Below, piece after piece: positions 20,855-29,396 of a DNA stretch of 29,396 nt. The stretch is taken from contig CAXXSM010000009.1 in NCBI GenBank assembly GCA_963663405.2, positions 1 through 29,396 of the forward strand, in the 5' to 3' direction. Origin of the DNA: a bacterium. Its GTDB lineage: Bacteria; Hinthialibacterota; Hinthialibacteria; Hinthialibacterales; Hinthialibacteraceae. The notes under the pieces are model-generated. The model was not told the DNA's origin and did no database searches. It saw only the letters and a list, made by a program, of their open reading frames with translations. Position 1 is the first letter of the stretch; every line of letters starts with the position of its first letter. The position numbers and the translations under genes were made by a program.

Positions 20855-23800
20855 ATGAAAAGAATGGCAAATTCTCAAAACGATCCGGCCACTATAAACA
20901 GAGAAGATCTTATTAGATCAAACTCATTTTTGAAAATCATCTCTACTCTTCTTCTCATAGTTCTTCTTGTGTTCTTGTTTTCAGTGAGGTGTGTGGCTCA
21001 AGAATCTGTTCACTGGCGTGTTTGGAATGATGTGGATGTTTTTCATTCGAGATATATCAAGGCCAGCCCATCCGGAAAAATATGGACCATCTTCGAAACC
21101 ACGTCAGGATATAGGAATGGTTGGTTTGATGGATATACCGTAGGCGCGCTTCCTCTCATTAAATCCGATTTCAGCGTGTCTTTTCCGCTTGAGAATCGCT
21201 CCGGCCAGATATGGACTTTAGATATTGATATGATGTCATATCAGATTATTGGTTTTAGCCGCTATGTAAGCAAACAGGCTATCAACGAAGGGAATTGGAT
21301 TCACTATCCAGCAGAAGAGATCAAATCCTTTATATCGCCTGAAGAGCCATATTCCGCCATCATGCGCTTTGCTCCCGGCGATAAAGAGTGTGTGTTGCTT
21401 CTTTCTTCCAAGGGATTGATTGAGTATAACGCCAACACAAAACAAACCCGTTTTCTAAAGACGATTGAAGAAACGAATCTTGGCCGTTTCATTCATATGG
21501 CTGAATCAAAGGATGGCGGTTTATGGATCACTTCGGAAAACGGTTTGGCTAAAGTAACAGGCAGTCATGCTGGAGGATTGCCTACGGTTGACTCTGTACA
21601 TTGGCAGGAATTTGTTTTTCCCCCTGAACTTAAACTTCAAGATTCCGCCATACCGATTGAAGTCCATCCTGGAGAAGTTTTCTTCACGGCCTCGCATACT
21701 GGGAATTCAAGACGTATTCTGGTCCGGTTCGACGGTGAGAATTGGCGAATCGTTCCCATCTCCGGAGAACAGCAAGTGATTATGGGCTGGCGTGGTGGGG
21801 ATGGCTATATCTGGGCGCTACGAAGCCAGACGATCGTGGATCCATTTGTTCCCTATGGCTTTGTCAAACGTAATGTGCCCAATTGGATCTCTCCTACATT
21901 GATACGAATTCATGACGGATATGAGGAACTCATTGAGTGGCCGAAGGATCTTGGTGGTTATTTTCGCTCTGCCACTGTGGAGCCAAGTGGCGTTTTTTGG
22001 ATCGCGCAAGGCGCCAGCGCCGCTCGATGCGCGGTTCCAGCGTGGAGAATTCCTCCCGGTTGCCCTGAAATTGATATGCAAGTCTATATGGCGTCTGAAG
22101 ATGATCGGGGACGTCTCTGGTTCGTTGCGCTAGACCGGCTGCTCTGCCTGGAAGACGGAAAATGGAAAACGTACATATTGCCCGATGGTCAATCTGTGAT
22201 TATTTCTACAATTCAAAAACTGTGTCCCTACTCGGATGACCGCATCGTGGTCCTGGTTTCCAGTGGCTCATTGCTCATACTCGATCCACAGGATGGAAAA
22301 TTTCAATCGCTAACTCATCCGGCGGGGAGGAAAATTAAAACCATCACTCCAAGGGCAGAGGGAGGATTTTGGATTGCGACCTTGGATGAATCCCTATCCC
22401 AGGCTTACATTGAGACGCTTGAAGGAGAATGTTTCGAAATCGTTCTCGGCGAAACCGAAGAGACGCGGACAGTGGATCTGTTATTCCATCCTTTTATTCT
22501 TGAAACAAAAGACGGGGAACTTTGGTGTCCCTGGAATGGCCGTGTAGGGAGATATAAGAGTGGTGAGTTTCATCTTATTGGACCGAAAACCGAACATCCG
22601 TTTGGGAACTTAAACTATTTTACAGAGATCGAAGATGGCGTTATCTGGGCGGGAGGACATAATAAGATTGTTGAGTTCAAGGGGAATTCATGGAGAACCT
22701 TACAAGTTGGTTTTGGGAATGTGCATCAGATAGTAAGACGGCGGGATGGCAGTCTATTGGCCGCAACACATCAAGGCATCCTGCAATATGTAGAGAATTC
22801 ATGGATTGTCAATACAATAGAAGATGGTCTTCCAAATTCGCATTGTTACATGGTATATGAGGATCAGCAGAACCGTCTTTGGGCCGGAACAGCAAGGGGA
22901 TTAGCGCTTTATGATCCCACGATCGGTCAAGATCCACCCAAGACCATCATCAGAGAGGACAACAATCTGAAAGAAACGGCGCCGGGTGGGGAAGCGCATA
23001 TCATTTATTCAGGTATGGATCGGTGGAACTATACAAAGCCGGAACGCTTGCTCTATTCGCACCGAATTGATAATGGTCCCTGGAGTTCGTTTTCGTCAGA
23101 GACAATCGCCACATTTTCGGGTTTAACTGCAGGAGAACACTTGTTTGAAGTACGCGCGATTGACCGGAATTGGAATATTGAACTAAATCCATCATCTTAT
23201 CTTTTCAGAACTCATCCTTACTGGTATAAAGATTCAATGTTTCTCTTGATCCTGATAGCTGGAATAATACTGATCCTTATTTTGCCTGGTTTACACATCT
23301 ATCACCACTTTGCCATTGAGAATTTAGTATTACAGCGTACCGCGCAACTGCGCCATACCGAGTGGCGTTTGCTGGAGATTAGTGAACGAGAACAGCAGCG
23401 CATCGGGCACGATCTGCACGACGACATCGTCCAGGATTTAACGGCCATCGCCATGAGCGAAGAGATTTTGGCCAATGAAATTGCGGAACAATCCCCAGCG
23501 GCGGCGAATGAACTTAAGGGATTTATAAAGCTGATCGACGAAGCTTCGGAAAAAACACGGCGATTGGCGAGTGGATTGGCGCCGGTCAATCTCGATAAAC
23601 TGGGTCTTGCCGCCTGTCTGCGGCAACTAGCGGAAGTGATTCAGAAACAGAATACGATACACTGCCGGGTTGAGATCGCTTCCTCTCTAAATGCTGGAGA
23701 CCAAAATGTACAGCTCAATCTCTATCGTATTGTACAAGAAGCAATGAATAATGTGGTCAAACATGCCCAAGCGACGAAGATGATCATTCGTCTATCAGAA

Positions 23801-23983
23801 AGGGATTTCCAAATCGAAATCGATATTGAAGATGATGGTGTGGGATTTGATGCTGATATGACGGTGGAAGACGGTATGGGACTCCACATCATGCGATACC
23901 GGGCGGAATTGATCGGAGGGCGCCTCACGATCCAGAGCCGCCCAGGAACAGGGACGAAAATAGCGCTCCGGGCTCCGATATGA
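20855..23983 (+). CDS. Membrane sensor histidine kinase: extracytoplasmic beta-propeller repeats, Y_Y_Y domain, TM helix, HisKA_3 and HATPase_c
   Basis: N-terminal hydrophobic helix; propeller repeats (ESKDGGLWITSENGL, EDDRGRLWF, EDGLPNSHCYMVYEDQQNRLWAGTARGL); YSHRIDNGPWS...FSGLTAGEHLFEVRAIDR; TM; EREQQRIGHDLHDDIVQDL; LYRIVQEAMNNVVKHA, IEDDGVGF, GMGLHIMRYRAELIGG. Confidence 0.93.
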   Translation: MKRMANSQNDPATINREDLIRSNSFLKIISTLLLIVLLVFLFSVRCVAQESVHWRVWNDVDVFHSRYIKASPSGKIWTIFETTSGYRNGWFDGYTVGALPLIKSDFSVSFPLENRSGQIWTLDIDMMSYQIIGFSRYVSKQAINEGNWIHYPAEEIKSFISPEEPYSAIMRFAPGDKECVLLLSSKGLIEYNANTKQTRFLKTIEETNLGRFIHMAESKDGGLWITSENGLAKVTGSHAGGLPTVDSVHWQEFVFPPELKLQDSAIPIEVHPGEVFFTASHTGNSRRILVRFDGENWRIVPISGEQQVIMGWRGGDGYIWALRSQTIVDPFVPYGFVKRNVPNWISPTLIRIHDGYEELIEWPKDLGGYFRSATVEPSGVFWIAQGASAARCAVPAWRIPPGCPEIDMQVYMASEDDRGRLWFVALDRLLCLEDGKWKTYILPDGQSVIISTIQKLCPYSDDRIVVLVSSGSLLILDPQDGKFQSLTHPAGRKIKTITPRAEGGFWIATLDESLSQAYIETLEGECFEIVLGETEETRTVDLLFHPFILETKDGELWCPWNGRVGRYKSGEFHLIGPKTEHPFGNLNYFTEIEDGVIWAGGHNKIVEFKGNSWRTLQVGFGNVHQIVRRRDGSLLAATHQGILQYVENSWIVNTIEDGLPNSHCYMVYEDQQNRLWAGTARGLALYDPTIGQDPPKTIIREDNNLKETAPGGEAHIIYSGMDRWNYTKPERLLYSHRIDNGPWSSFSSETIATFSGLTAGEHLFEVRAIDRNWNIELNPSSYLFRTHPYWYKDSMFLLILIAGIILILILPGLHIYHHFAIENLVLQRTAQLRHTEWRLLEISEREQQRIGHDLHDDIVQDLTAIAMSEEILANEIAEQSPAAANELKGFIKLIDEASEKTRRLASGLAPVNLDKLGLAACLRQLAEVIQKQNTIHCRVEIASSLNAGDQNVQLNLYRIVQEAMNNVVKHAQATKMIIRLSERDFQIEIDIEDDGVGFDADMTVEDGMGLHIMRYRAELIGGRLTIQSRPGTGTKIALRAPI

Positions 23984-23989
23984 GTCGAA

Positions 23990-24011
23990 ACAGCGGTTTT
24001 TTAACTGCTGT
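23990..24011 (+). terminator. Small hairpin after the kinase stop (possible terminator or stabilising stem)
   Basis: ACAGCGGTT-tttt-AACTGCTGT, 9-bp stem with one G-U pair; no U-tract follows. Confidence 0.3.
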
Positions 24012-24043
24012 GATACCGAAGAAACCAGCGCATCATGATCCCC

Positions 24044-24112
24044 TGTGGGAACATTTCCCACAAGAAATCAGGACAATTCCCGATTGTCAATTTCCATGTG
24101 GATGAATACAAT
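24044..24112 (+). promoter_or_regulatory. Two palindromic operator-like sites abutting a sigma70 promoter of the response regulator
   Basis: TGTGGGA-acatt-TCCCACA (24044-24062) and AATCAGGA-caat-TCCCGATT (24066-24085), whose last TT starts TTGTCA (24084-24089), 17 bp, TACAAT (24107-24112). Confidence 0.7.
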
Positions 24113-24185
24113 GCGGTTACGGCTATGACTATCGAAATCTCAAGGTGGACTGGACCATCAGCCATACATCTCCTAGGGGCGGTTC

Positions 24186-24854
24186 ATGATGGGCGATGCG
24201 AAAAAGTTACGTATTCTTCTTGTTGATGATCATCCGCTAATGCGCCAGGGGATTGCCCGCGTCATCGAGAAAGATGAGGAACTAACCGTATGTGGCGAGG
24301 CGTCTAGCGTATCGGAAGCCTTAAAAATTGTTGAACGAAGCCGGCCGGATCTGGCTTGTGTTGATCTTTCTCTTGAAAACAGCAATGGCGTGGATTTAGT
24401 ACGCTCGTTGACCCATATGGATCCTCCCATTCCTTGTCTGGTTATCTCGATGCATGAAGATCTGGCTTATGTGGAAAAGGCGTTTAGAGCTGGCGCGTGC
24501 GGTTATTTATTGAAGCGGGAATCGGCGGAAAAATTGACAACGGTTATCCGCCAAGCGCTCCGGGGTGAAGTTTTCACCAGTTCGCAGATCACTTCCTCAA
24601 TGCTTGAGCGGTTAATCCACCCAAACAATGATCAGGAACCTGCGCCGCAAGAAATGCTGACCGCGAGGGAATACGAGATCTTTTGTCTCTTTGGACAAGG
24701 ATCAGCCCGCACCGAGATTGCAGACCAACTCTCCATCAGCGTCAAAACCGTCGATACTCACGTTGAGCGGATCAAAGAGACCTTGCATCTGGATTCCACC
24801 TTCCAGCTCATCCACCGTTCCGTCAAACACTGCCTCAAAGTTGGTTTGCTCTAG
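24186..24854 (+). CDS. NarL/FixJ-family response regulator (REC + LuxR HTH)
   Basis: ILLVDDHPLMRQG, PDLACVDLSL, VISMHED, GACGYLLK, LTAREYEIF.L.GQG....EIADQLSISVKTVDTH. Confidence 0.95.
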   Translation: MMGDAKKLRILLVDDHPLMRQGIARVIEKDEELTVCGEASSVSEALKIVERSRPDLACVDLSLENSNGVDLVRSLTHMDPPIPCLVISMHEDLAYVEKAFRAGACGYLLKRESAEKLTTVIRQALRGEVFTSSQITSSMLERLIHPNNDQEPAPQEMLTAREYEIFCLFGQGSARTEIADQLSISVKTVDTHVERIKETLHLDSTFQLIHRSVKHCLKVGLL

Positions 24855-24901
24855 GTTTTCCTCCATCATTACTCATTTTTCCTCTTGATCCTGTAGTTAA
24901 G

Positions 24902-24991
24902 GTGGGAAATGTTCCCACAAAAAAATAGGAATTATTCCCACAAAAAATGGGAATCTCCCCGATTTATTCAGAGTAACAATGATCCTAGTAT
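24902..24991 (+). promoter_or_regulatory. Three operator-like sites abutting a putative sigma70 promoter of the 25091/26169 operon
   Basis: GTGGGA-aatgt-TCCCAC (24902-24918), ATAGGA-attat-TCCCAC (24925-24941), ATGGGA-atct-CCCCGATT (24947-24964), then TTTATT (24963-24968), 17 bp, TAGTAT (24986-24991); same register as at 24044-24112. Confidence 0.65.
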
Positions 24992-25090
24992 TGGTCAAAG
25001 TAACGTTGTGGGATACGTTCTCTCAAGGATTTTCTCACATCAAAGCCTATATACAAAATTCAGAACGAAGAAAGGATGAGGTAAAGAAAA

Positions 25091-26089
25091 ATGAACAGAG
25101 GGTATGTTTTGATCGCCGTTTTGATCTTCGCAGGAGTAGGATTTGTACACAGCGCTTCGGCTCAATTGACAGCGGAACGAACGTTTTCACAATCCGAGTA
25201 TTTCCCCGGAATCCCCATTCAAGTGACAATTCACATTACGGGCGAGTCGGACCAGCCATTGACAGTAGTGGATACGATCCCCGATGGCTTGGAGATCCAT
25301 GGAAAACACAGTGGGGTAGTCAGTGGAAACCAGATTTCTTTTGAGTCAAGCATTACGTCCACGGGTGTGAAAAATCATGTGTACTATGTCATGTCTCATT
25401 CAGGCAGTCAAGGAGACGCGTTGTTTGAAGGAACAGTAAACGGACAGGTGATTGGAGGCGAAACAACGTTAGTTCAAGGAACATTAGAACCACTGGGTAT
25501 ATTTCAGCATCACACGGATCTTGGGAATCCAATTACACCAGGCAATGCTCGCTACGACTCCGCATCGCAGGAATACTTCATTCAAGGATATTGGAACCAA
25601 GGAGGTACAGGTGGAGCAGGTGGTCATGTTATCTACTCGGAAATGAACGGCGATTTTAGTCTCGAAGCCAAAATGCAAACTGAAAATCCAATCAACGGTG
25701 GAGCCTATATCGGGATTATGGATTACATAGAGACTCATACTCCCTATTACATTTTTTATAGAAATGCTAAAGATACCCTTCTTAATGAACTTTGGGTGAA
25801 TACTCTAGGCGTTTTTTATACCACGGGCATGGAACTTCCCTCTACTGTTCCGTACGAAAAGGCCAAGATCGTCCGTCGAGGGGATAAGGGAGAAATCTAT
25901 TATTCCGATCCCACCACTGGCAATTGGATACTCTTCAGCGAGCAAATGTTATATTTCACCAATCCTGTCTATGCGGTAATTGGCGAGTGGCACAGTGATG
26001 ATTCTTCAAACACCATAGAACACTTTATTGAGGTACAACTAACGGAATTATCTGATTCATCGACTGGGAATTGGGAGATCTATAAGTGA
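25091..26089 (+). CDS. Secreted protein: Ig-like N-terminal domain plus concanavalin A-like (DUF1349-type) domain, C-terminal ...SDSSTGNWEIYK motif
   Basis: GAGGT RBS; signal peptide MNRGYVLIAVLIFAGVGFVHSASA; LTVVDTIPDGL; LGIFQHHTDLGNP..PG.A.YD....EYFIQG, GDFSLEAK, KIVRRGD typical of ConA-like modules. Confidence 0.75.
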   Translation: MNRGYVLIAVLIFAGVGFVHSASAQLTAERTFSQSEYFPGIPIQVTIHITGESDQPLTVVDTIPDGLEIHGKHSGVVSGNQISFESSITSTGVKNHVYYVMSHSGSQGDALFEGTVNGQVIGGETTLVQGTLEPLGIFQHHTDLGNPITPGNARYDSASQEYFIQGYWNQGGTGGAGGHVIYSEMNGDFSLEAKMQTENPINGGAYIGIMDYIETHTPYYIFYRNAKDTLLNELWVNTLGVFYTTGMELPSTVPYEKAKIVRRGDKGEIYYSDPTTGNWILFSEQMLYFTNPVYAVIGEWHSDDSSNTIEHFIEVQLTELSDSSTGNWEIYK

Positions 26090-26168
26090 ACAGAGCGCGG
26101 CGCCATCAAGCGGCGTAGTAATGTTCACGATCCGTAAAATGAATATACAAAAACAGGAGGAAGCGGAG

Positions 26169-28010
26169 ATGAAGAACCAGTACAATCTGTATGTGCGCTT
26201 GTGCTTTGCCATGTGTGTTCTATGTATCACGCCTGCTGCTTTCGGCAAAGTGATCTATGTCTCTCTCAATGCGGCAGGTGATGGCAGCGGATCAAGTTGG
26301 GAAAACGCATGTACAAGCATCGCCGCAGGCATTGCAATCTCGTCAACTCACTCCTGGAACAACGAAATCAGCGCCGATGAAATCTGGGTGGCTTCGGGAC
26401 GATATCGGGAAGCCGTCACGATGAAAGAAATGACTCTGATGTATGGTGGTTTTTCAGGGAACGAAACGATTCGTGAAGCGCGCGATTGGATTGCAAATGA
26501 AACGATAATCGACGCGGCGGGATTGAACGCCACATCCGTCATAGCCGCCAATCGTGCAGTGTTAGACGGATTGACCATTACCGGTGGTAATTCGAATGCG
26601 TATGGTGGTGGTGTGTATTGTCCGAAAGAAGCCTCTGTTTTGCTCAATAACTGTATGATTAACGAGAATGCGGCAGAATCCGGTGGTGGAGTATACTGTG
26701 CGGAAGGCTCTAGTGTGAAATTTTCTAATTGCGCCATTCGCAAAAATACGGCGAAAAGTGATGGAGGAGGACTGTATTGTTCGATGTGGTCTTCAGTGGA
26801 ATTATCACACTCAGACATTGTAGAGAATATTGGTGAAAACATGGATTGGCAAGGAAGCCAAGGAGGTGGTGTATTCTGCGATTGGGATTCGGACATTATG
26901 TTTGAATCCTGCGTAATTCATGAAAATAGTGCCGGCTGGGGGGGGGGCGTGGTTTGCACAGGGGTGACCTTTGCGAATTTCTTTCACTGCACGATTTCCA
27001 AAAACTACGCGGGGTGCAATGGAGGTATTTTTGGTTGGAATATTAATATGACCGATTGCCTTGTTACGGATAATACACAAACGGTTGGTGGTTGTTTTGC
27101 CAATACGGCTGCGGGTCTCACCGCTTATGCCGAATCATCAATTTCAAACAGCTTGATCACGGGGAATGTTGCAGTAGAAAGCGCTGAAACCGGAGGATGT
27201 GTGATTTCAGTTGGAGGTCAAATGGAGAACTGCACAATTAGCAATAACCAAGGTGGAAACGGGGGATTGCATATTTACGAAGCTGGATTTGAAGGCGCTG
27301 ATGCAATAATTAAAAACTGCACGATAACAGATAACATAGGAGGATTCAGGGGTGCGGGAGTTAATGGCCATAGATTTGAAATGATCAATTGTACGATCCT
27401 AAGAAACTCGGTAGTAGCAGATAGTTTTGGTTGTAGTGGGGTAAACGGCGAGAGATATACGTTAAAGAATTGCGTGATCGCAGAGAATTTTGGAGGTGAA
27501 ACGGTTGTTGAGAATACTGGATATAATGCGGAAGCTGGTGAAGGCATGACCTGTTACATGATTAATTGTATTATTCGAGAAAACACAACAAACGCCTCCG
27601 TCATTACTTCTTACGACTATCCATTTCTTCTTGCCAATTGCACTATCGCAGGGAACTCAGGCGATGGATGCGATCTGACAACTGGTTCTAAATTAACAAA
27701 CTGCATTTTGTGGAATTCAGGAAAAGAGATCACAGGTTCAGCGGAAGTCACATATAGCTGTGTTGAAGGAGGCTGGCCAGGCGAAGGAAACATAGACGCC
27801 AATCCTCGATTTACCGATCCAGATAATGGCGATTACCATTTGCAAGATGGTTCCCCATGTATCGACACAGGACTCGTAACCGCAGCGCCAGATGAAGATA
27901 TGAAAGGCCACAGCCGGCCAGGGAGCGATGGTTTCGTGGATATCGGCGCGTATGAATCCCCTCCAGAATATAAATCCACTGTCTATGTACCTTGTTGGAA
28001 AATGTATTAA
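26169..28010 (+). CDS. Secreted right-handed parallel beta-helix repeat protein with choice-of-anchor Q-like tail, C-terminal ...KSTVYVPCWKMY motif
   Basis: Likely start 26169 (AGGAGG upstream, signal peptide); VIYVS..A.GDGSGSSWENA, EIWVASG.Y, LDGLTITGG, repeated GGGVYC / NC.I..N units, NIDANPRF.DPDNGDYHLQDGSPCIDTG, DIGAYE. Confidence 0.88.
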   Translation: MKNQYNLYVRLCFAMCVLCITPAAFGKVIYVSLNAAGDGSGSSWENACTSIAAGIAISSTHSWNNEISADEIWVASGRYREAVTMKEMTLMYGGFSGNETIREARDWIANETIIDAAGLNATSVIAANRAVLDGLTITGGNSNAYGGGVYCPKEASVLLNNCMINENAAESGGGVYCAEGSSVKFSNCAIRKNTAKSDGGGLYCSMWSSVELSHSDIVENIGENMDWQGSQGGGVFCDWDSDIMFESCVIHENSAGWGGGVVCTGVTFANFFHCTISKNYAGCNGGIFGWNINMTDCLVTDNTQTVGGCFANTAAGLTAYAESSISNSLITGNVAVESAETGGCVISVGGQMENCTISNNQGGNGGLHIYEAGFEGADAIIKNCTITDNIGGFRGAGVNGHRFEMINCTILRNSVVADSFGCSGVNGERYTLKNCVIAENFGGETVVENTGYNAEAGEGMTCYMINCIIRENTTNASVITSYDYPFLLANCTIAGNSGDGCDLTTGSKLTNCILWNSGKEITGSAEVTYSCVEGGWPGEGNIDANPRFTDPDNGDYHLQDGSPCIDTGLVTAAPDEDMKGHSRPGSDGFVDIGAYESPPEYKSTVYVPCWKMY

Positions 28011-28860
28011 CTCATATTACGCACGGATTGAGTCGCGCCGGATTCTAAAACCGTGTGACCGTGCCGCCGGTACTCGCGAAGCGCGGCGAACAAGTCTTGC
28101 TCTTGCTGAGTGAGTTGGATATTGATCTGCTCCGGCGGCTTCTGTTCCGCGAATGGAGGACGCAGAGAACAGCGGTTAATATCATCTTTCAGCCGCCGTA
28201 TTCTCACTTGTTCCCAATGATTCCGGTCCGAGTCTTCCAATTCCGCTTTCATTTGGAAGCGCAAGGGATCAAGCAGTTCCAGTAAACCAGTGAAACTGAC
28301 TGTATAGCCATTGTGCGGAGTTGCCGATAAAAATACACGATGTTCTAACAGAAAACGAATCTCCCGTAACATCTGTGTGCGCAAACTGGATCGTTTACTG
28401 CCCTGCGGAGCAAAATTGTGGCACTCGTCTACAATCAACAAATCCCAGGGAACACGCGCGGAGCCGTTGCCTCCAGCTGGTACGCGTTGACTTGTATCGC
28501 AGAATTCCAGATCGCTAAAAGAGGCTCTTCTTCGATGCTCCTGTCTGGCCGGAGACGATTCAATCGAATCCAGCGATGGGCATCCACAAACGCCTGCAAA
28601 GCGTCCGGCGCGTCAGGACGTTTTTCATCAATCCTCGGTAAGGAAGTCGAACCGAGAACTTGCGCGCTGGTTTCAATTTCCCAAAGAACTTGGTCAAATT
28701 CTGAATACTGGTTGTCATCAAGGTACTCGACTTCGACCAGATGCAACCGCCCTTGGACACTCTCACTGTCGTATGGCGCAACAGTGCGAACGACCGCTAA
28801 ACGGTTTCAGATACGTACAGCTTGGCCGATTTCTGGAGGGGTAGTATTGATTTTTAGCAT
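28007..28860 (-). pseudogene. drmD: Remnant of a DISARM DrmD-like SNF2 helicase (nonsense codon, internal deletion, 3' truncation)
   Basis: ATG 28860: MLKINTTPPEIGQAVRI*NRLAVV (TGA at 28809-28807 where Arg is expected)...EYLDD...VLWEIE...LP...DAPDALQAFVDAHRW...AIQVNAYQLE. It then jumps with a frame change to PWDLLIVDECHNFAP...EHRVFLSATPHNGYTVSFTGLLELLDPLRF...IRRLK. Walker A and the C-terminal RecA domain are absent. Confidence 0.72.
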
Positions 28861-29142
28861 GATTGTATAATTGTAAACACTTGACCGATTTTTGTTTGGT
28901 TTAGAAAATTAACTGAATAGAGTATAGCGTGGAAATTCGATGAGATAAATTTAGGTATTACGGCGTCCGTTTCGGAAATAATTAAAAAATTGAATCAGAG
29001 GTGAAAATTATCAGGATTTGCTCAAAATATTCCGGTTGTGAGATAGGGAAATTCCAATCATAAGGAACAACCTATATAAATCAATGATATGAATTGCGCT
29101 TAAATCACTTTCTGATTTGTTTGTGGATCAATGGTTCATGCA

Positions 29143-29396
29143 TTATTTACCGGTAATCGTAATCGATTTGAATTCCGCATCGGTATACCATGTGCCCAGT
29201 CCGAATCGGCCTTGAAGCGGCCGATCGGCTTTGTAGGTCATAATCTGTTTATCATCGATGTATCCTTCAACTGTATTTGAATCCTTGATGACAAGCCGTA
29301 CATCATACCAGGTATCGTATTCGACTTTAAACTCTTTCCGTTCTGTTACATCACCAATTGTAGAGCCTTGGACCGCATCCCATTTCTCAATGACCT
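29143..29396 (-). CDS. 3' end of a gene ending in a ConA-like/DUF1080-type beta-sandwich domain; partial
   Basis: Manual translation: VIEKWDAVQG...EYDTWYDVRLVIKDSNTVEGYIDDKQIMTY.....QGRFGLGTWYTDAEFKSITITGK*, TAA at 29143-29145. Confidence 0.65.
   Translation of the reverse strand, partial: VIEKWDAVQGSTIGDVTERKEFKVEYDTWYDVRLVIKDSNTVEGYIDDKQIMTYKADRPLQGRFGLGTWYTDAEFKSITITGK

Noticed and set aside
24902-24964. Mini CRISPR array or IS inverted ends around the regulator gene
   Set aside because: Units are about 17 bp with 5-6 bp A-rich gaps, with no spacers, cas genes or transposase. Their register against -35 boxes fits operators better.
13539-28809. Stop-codon reassignment explaining in-frame TAG/TAA/TGA in the two fossils
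   Set aside because: All three stop types occur, intact genes terminate with TGA, TAA and TAG normally, and both fossils are also truncated.
4-28870. Numerous short ORFs in the track overlapping long genes (e.g. 44..334, 3403..3795, 4973..5410, 19232..19747, 26348..26896, 28418..28870)
   Set aside because: Antisense or alternate-frame shadows of well-supported genes, without recognisable motifs.

Overview
Bacterial genomic window with no rRNA, tRNA, CRISPR or intact mobile element. The left part (1-6823, minus strand) encodes three exported proteins: a GH140/DUF4038-type glycosidase running off the window edge, a protein with two FGE/SUMF1-fold domains, and a YVTN beta-propeller/phosphoesterase. 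A plus-strand run follows: HAD hydrolase, two FAD oxidoreductases, a Tat sulfatase and an alpha/beta hydrolase. Next is a minus-strand DUF2126 / circularly permuted ATP-grasp / alpha-E operon whose first gene is 5'-truncated. Genes between about 8.4 and 16.8 kb carry many single-base homopolymer indels, probably consensus errors. The right part holds a beta-propeller/Y_Y_Y sensor kinase and a NarL-family regulator, flanked by three unrelated secreted proteins that all end in a similar S/T-rich ...W-x-[VIM]-Y(K) C-terminal motif, a candidate undescribed protein-sorting or anchoring signal. Matching palindromic operator arrays abut sigma70 -35 boxes upstream of the regulator and of the secreted-protein operon. 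Two decayed genes missed or fragmented by the ORF track were found: a paralogue of the sensor kinase N-terminus (13.5-13.9 kb) and a DISARM DrmD-like helicase (28.0-28.9 kb). All family assignments are by motif recognition; no database search was run.
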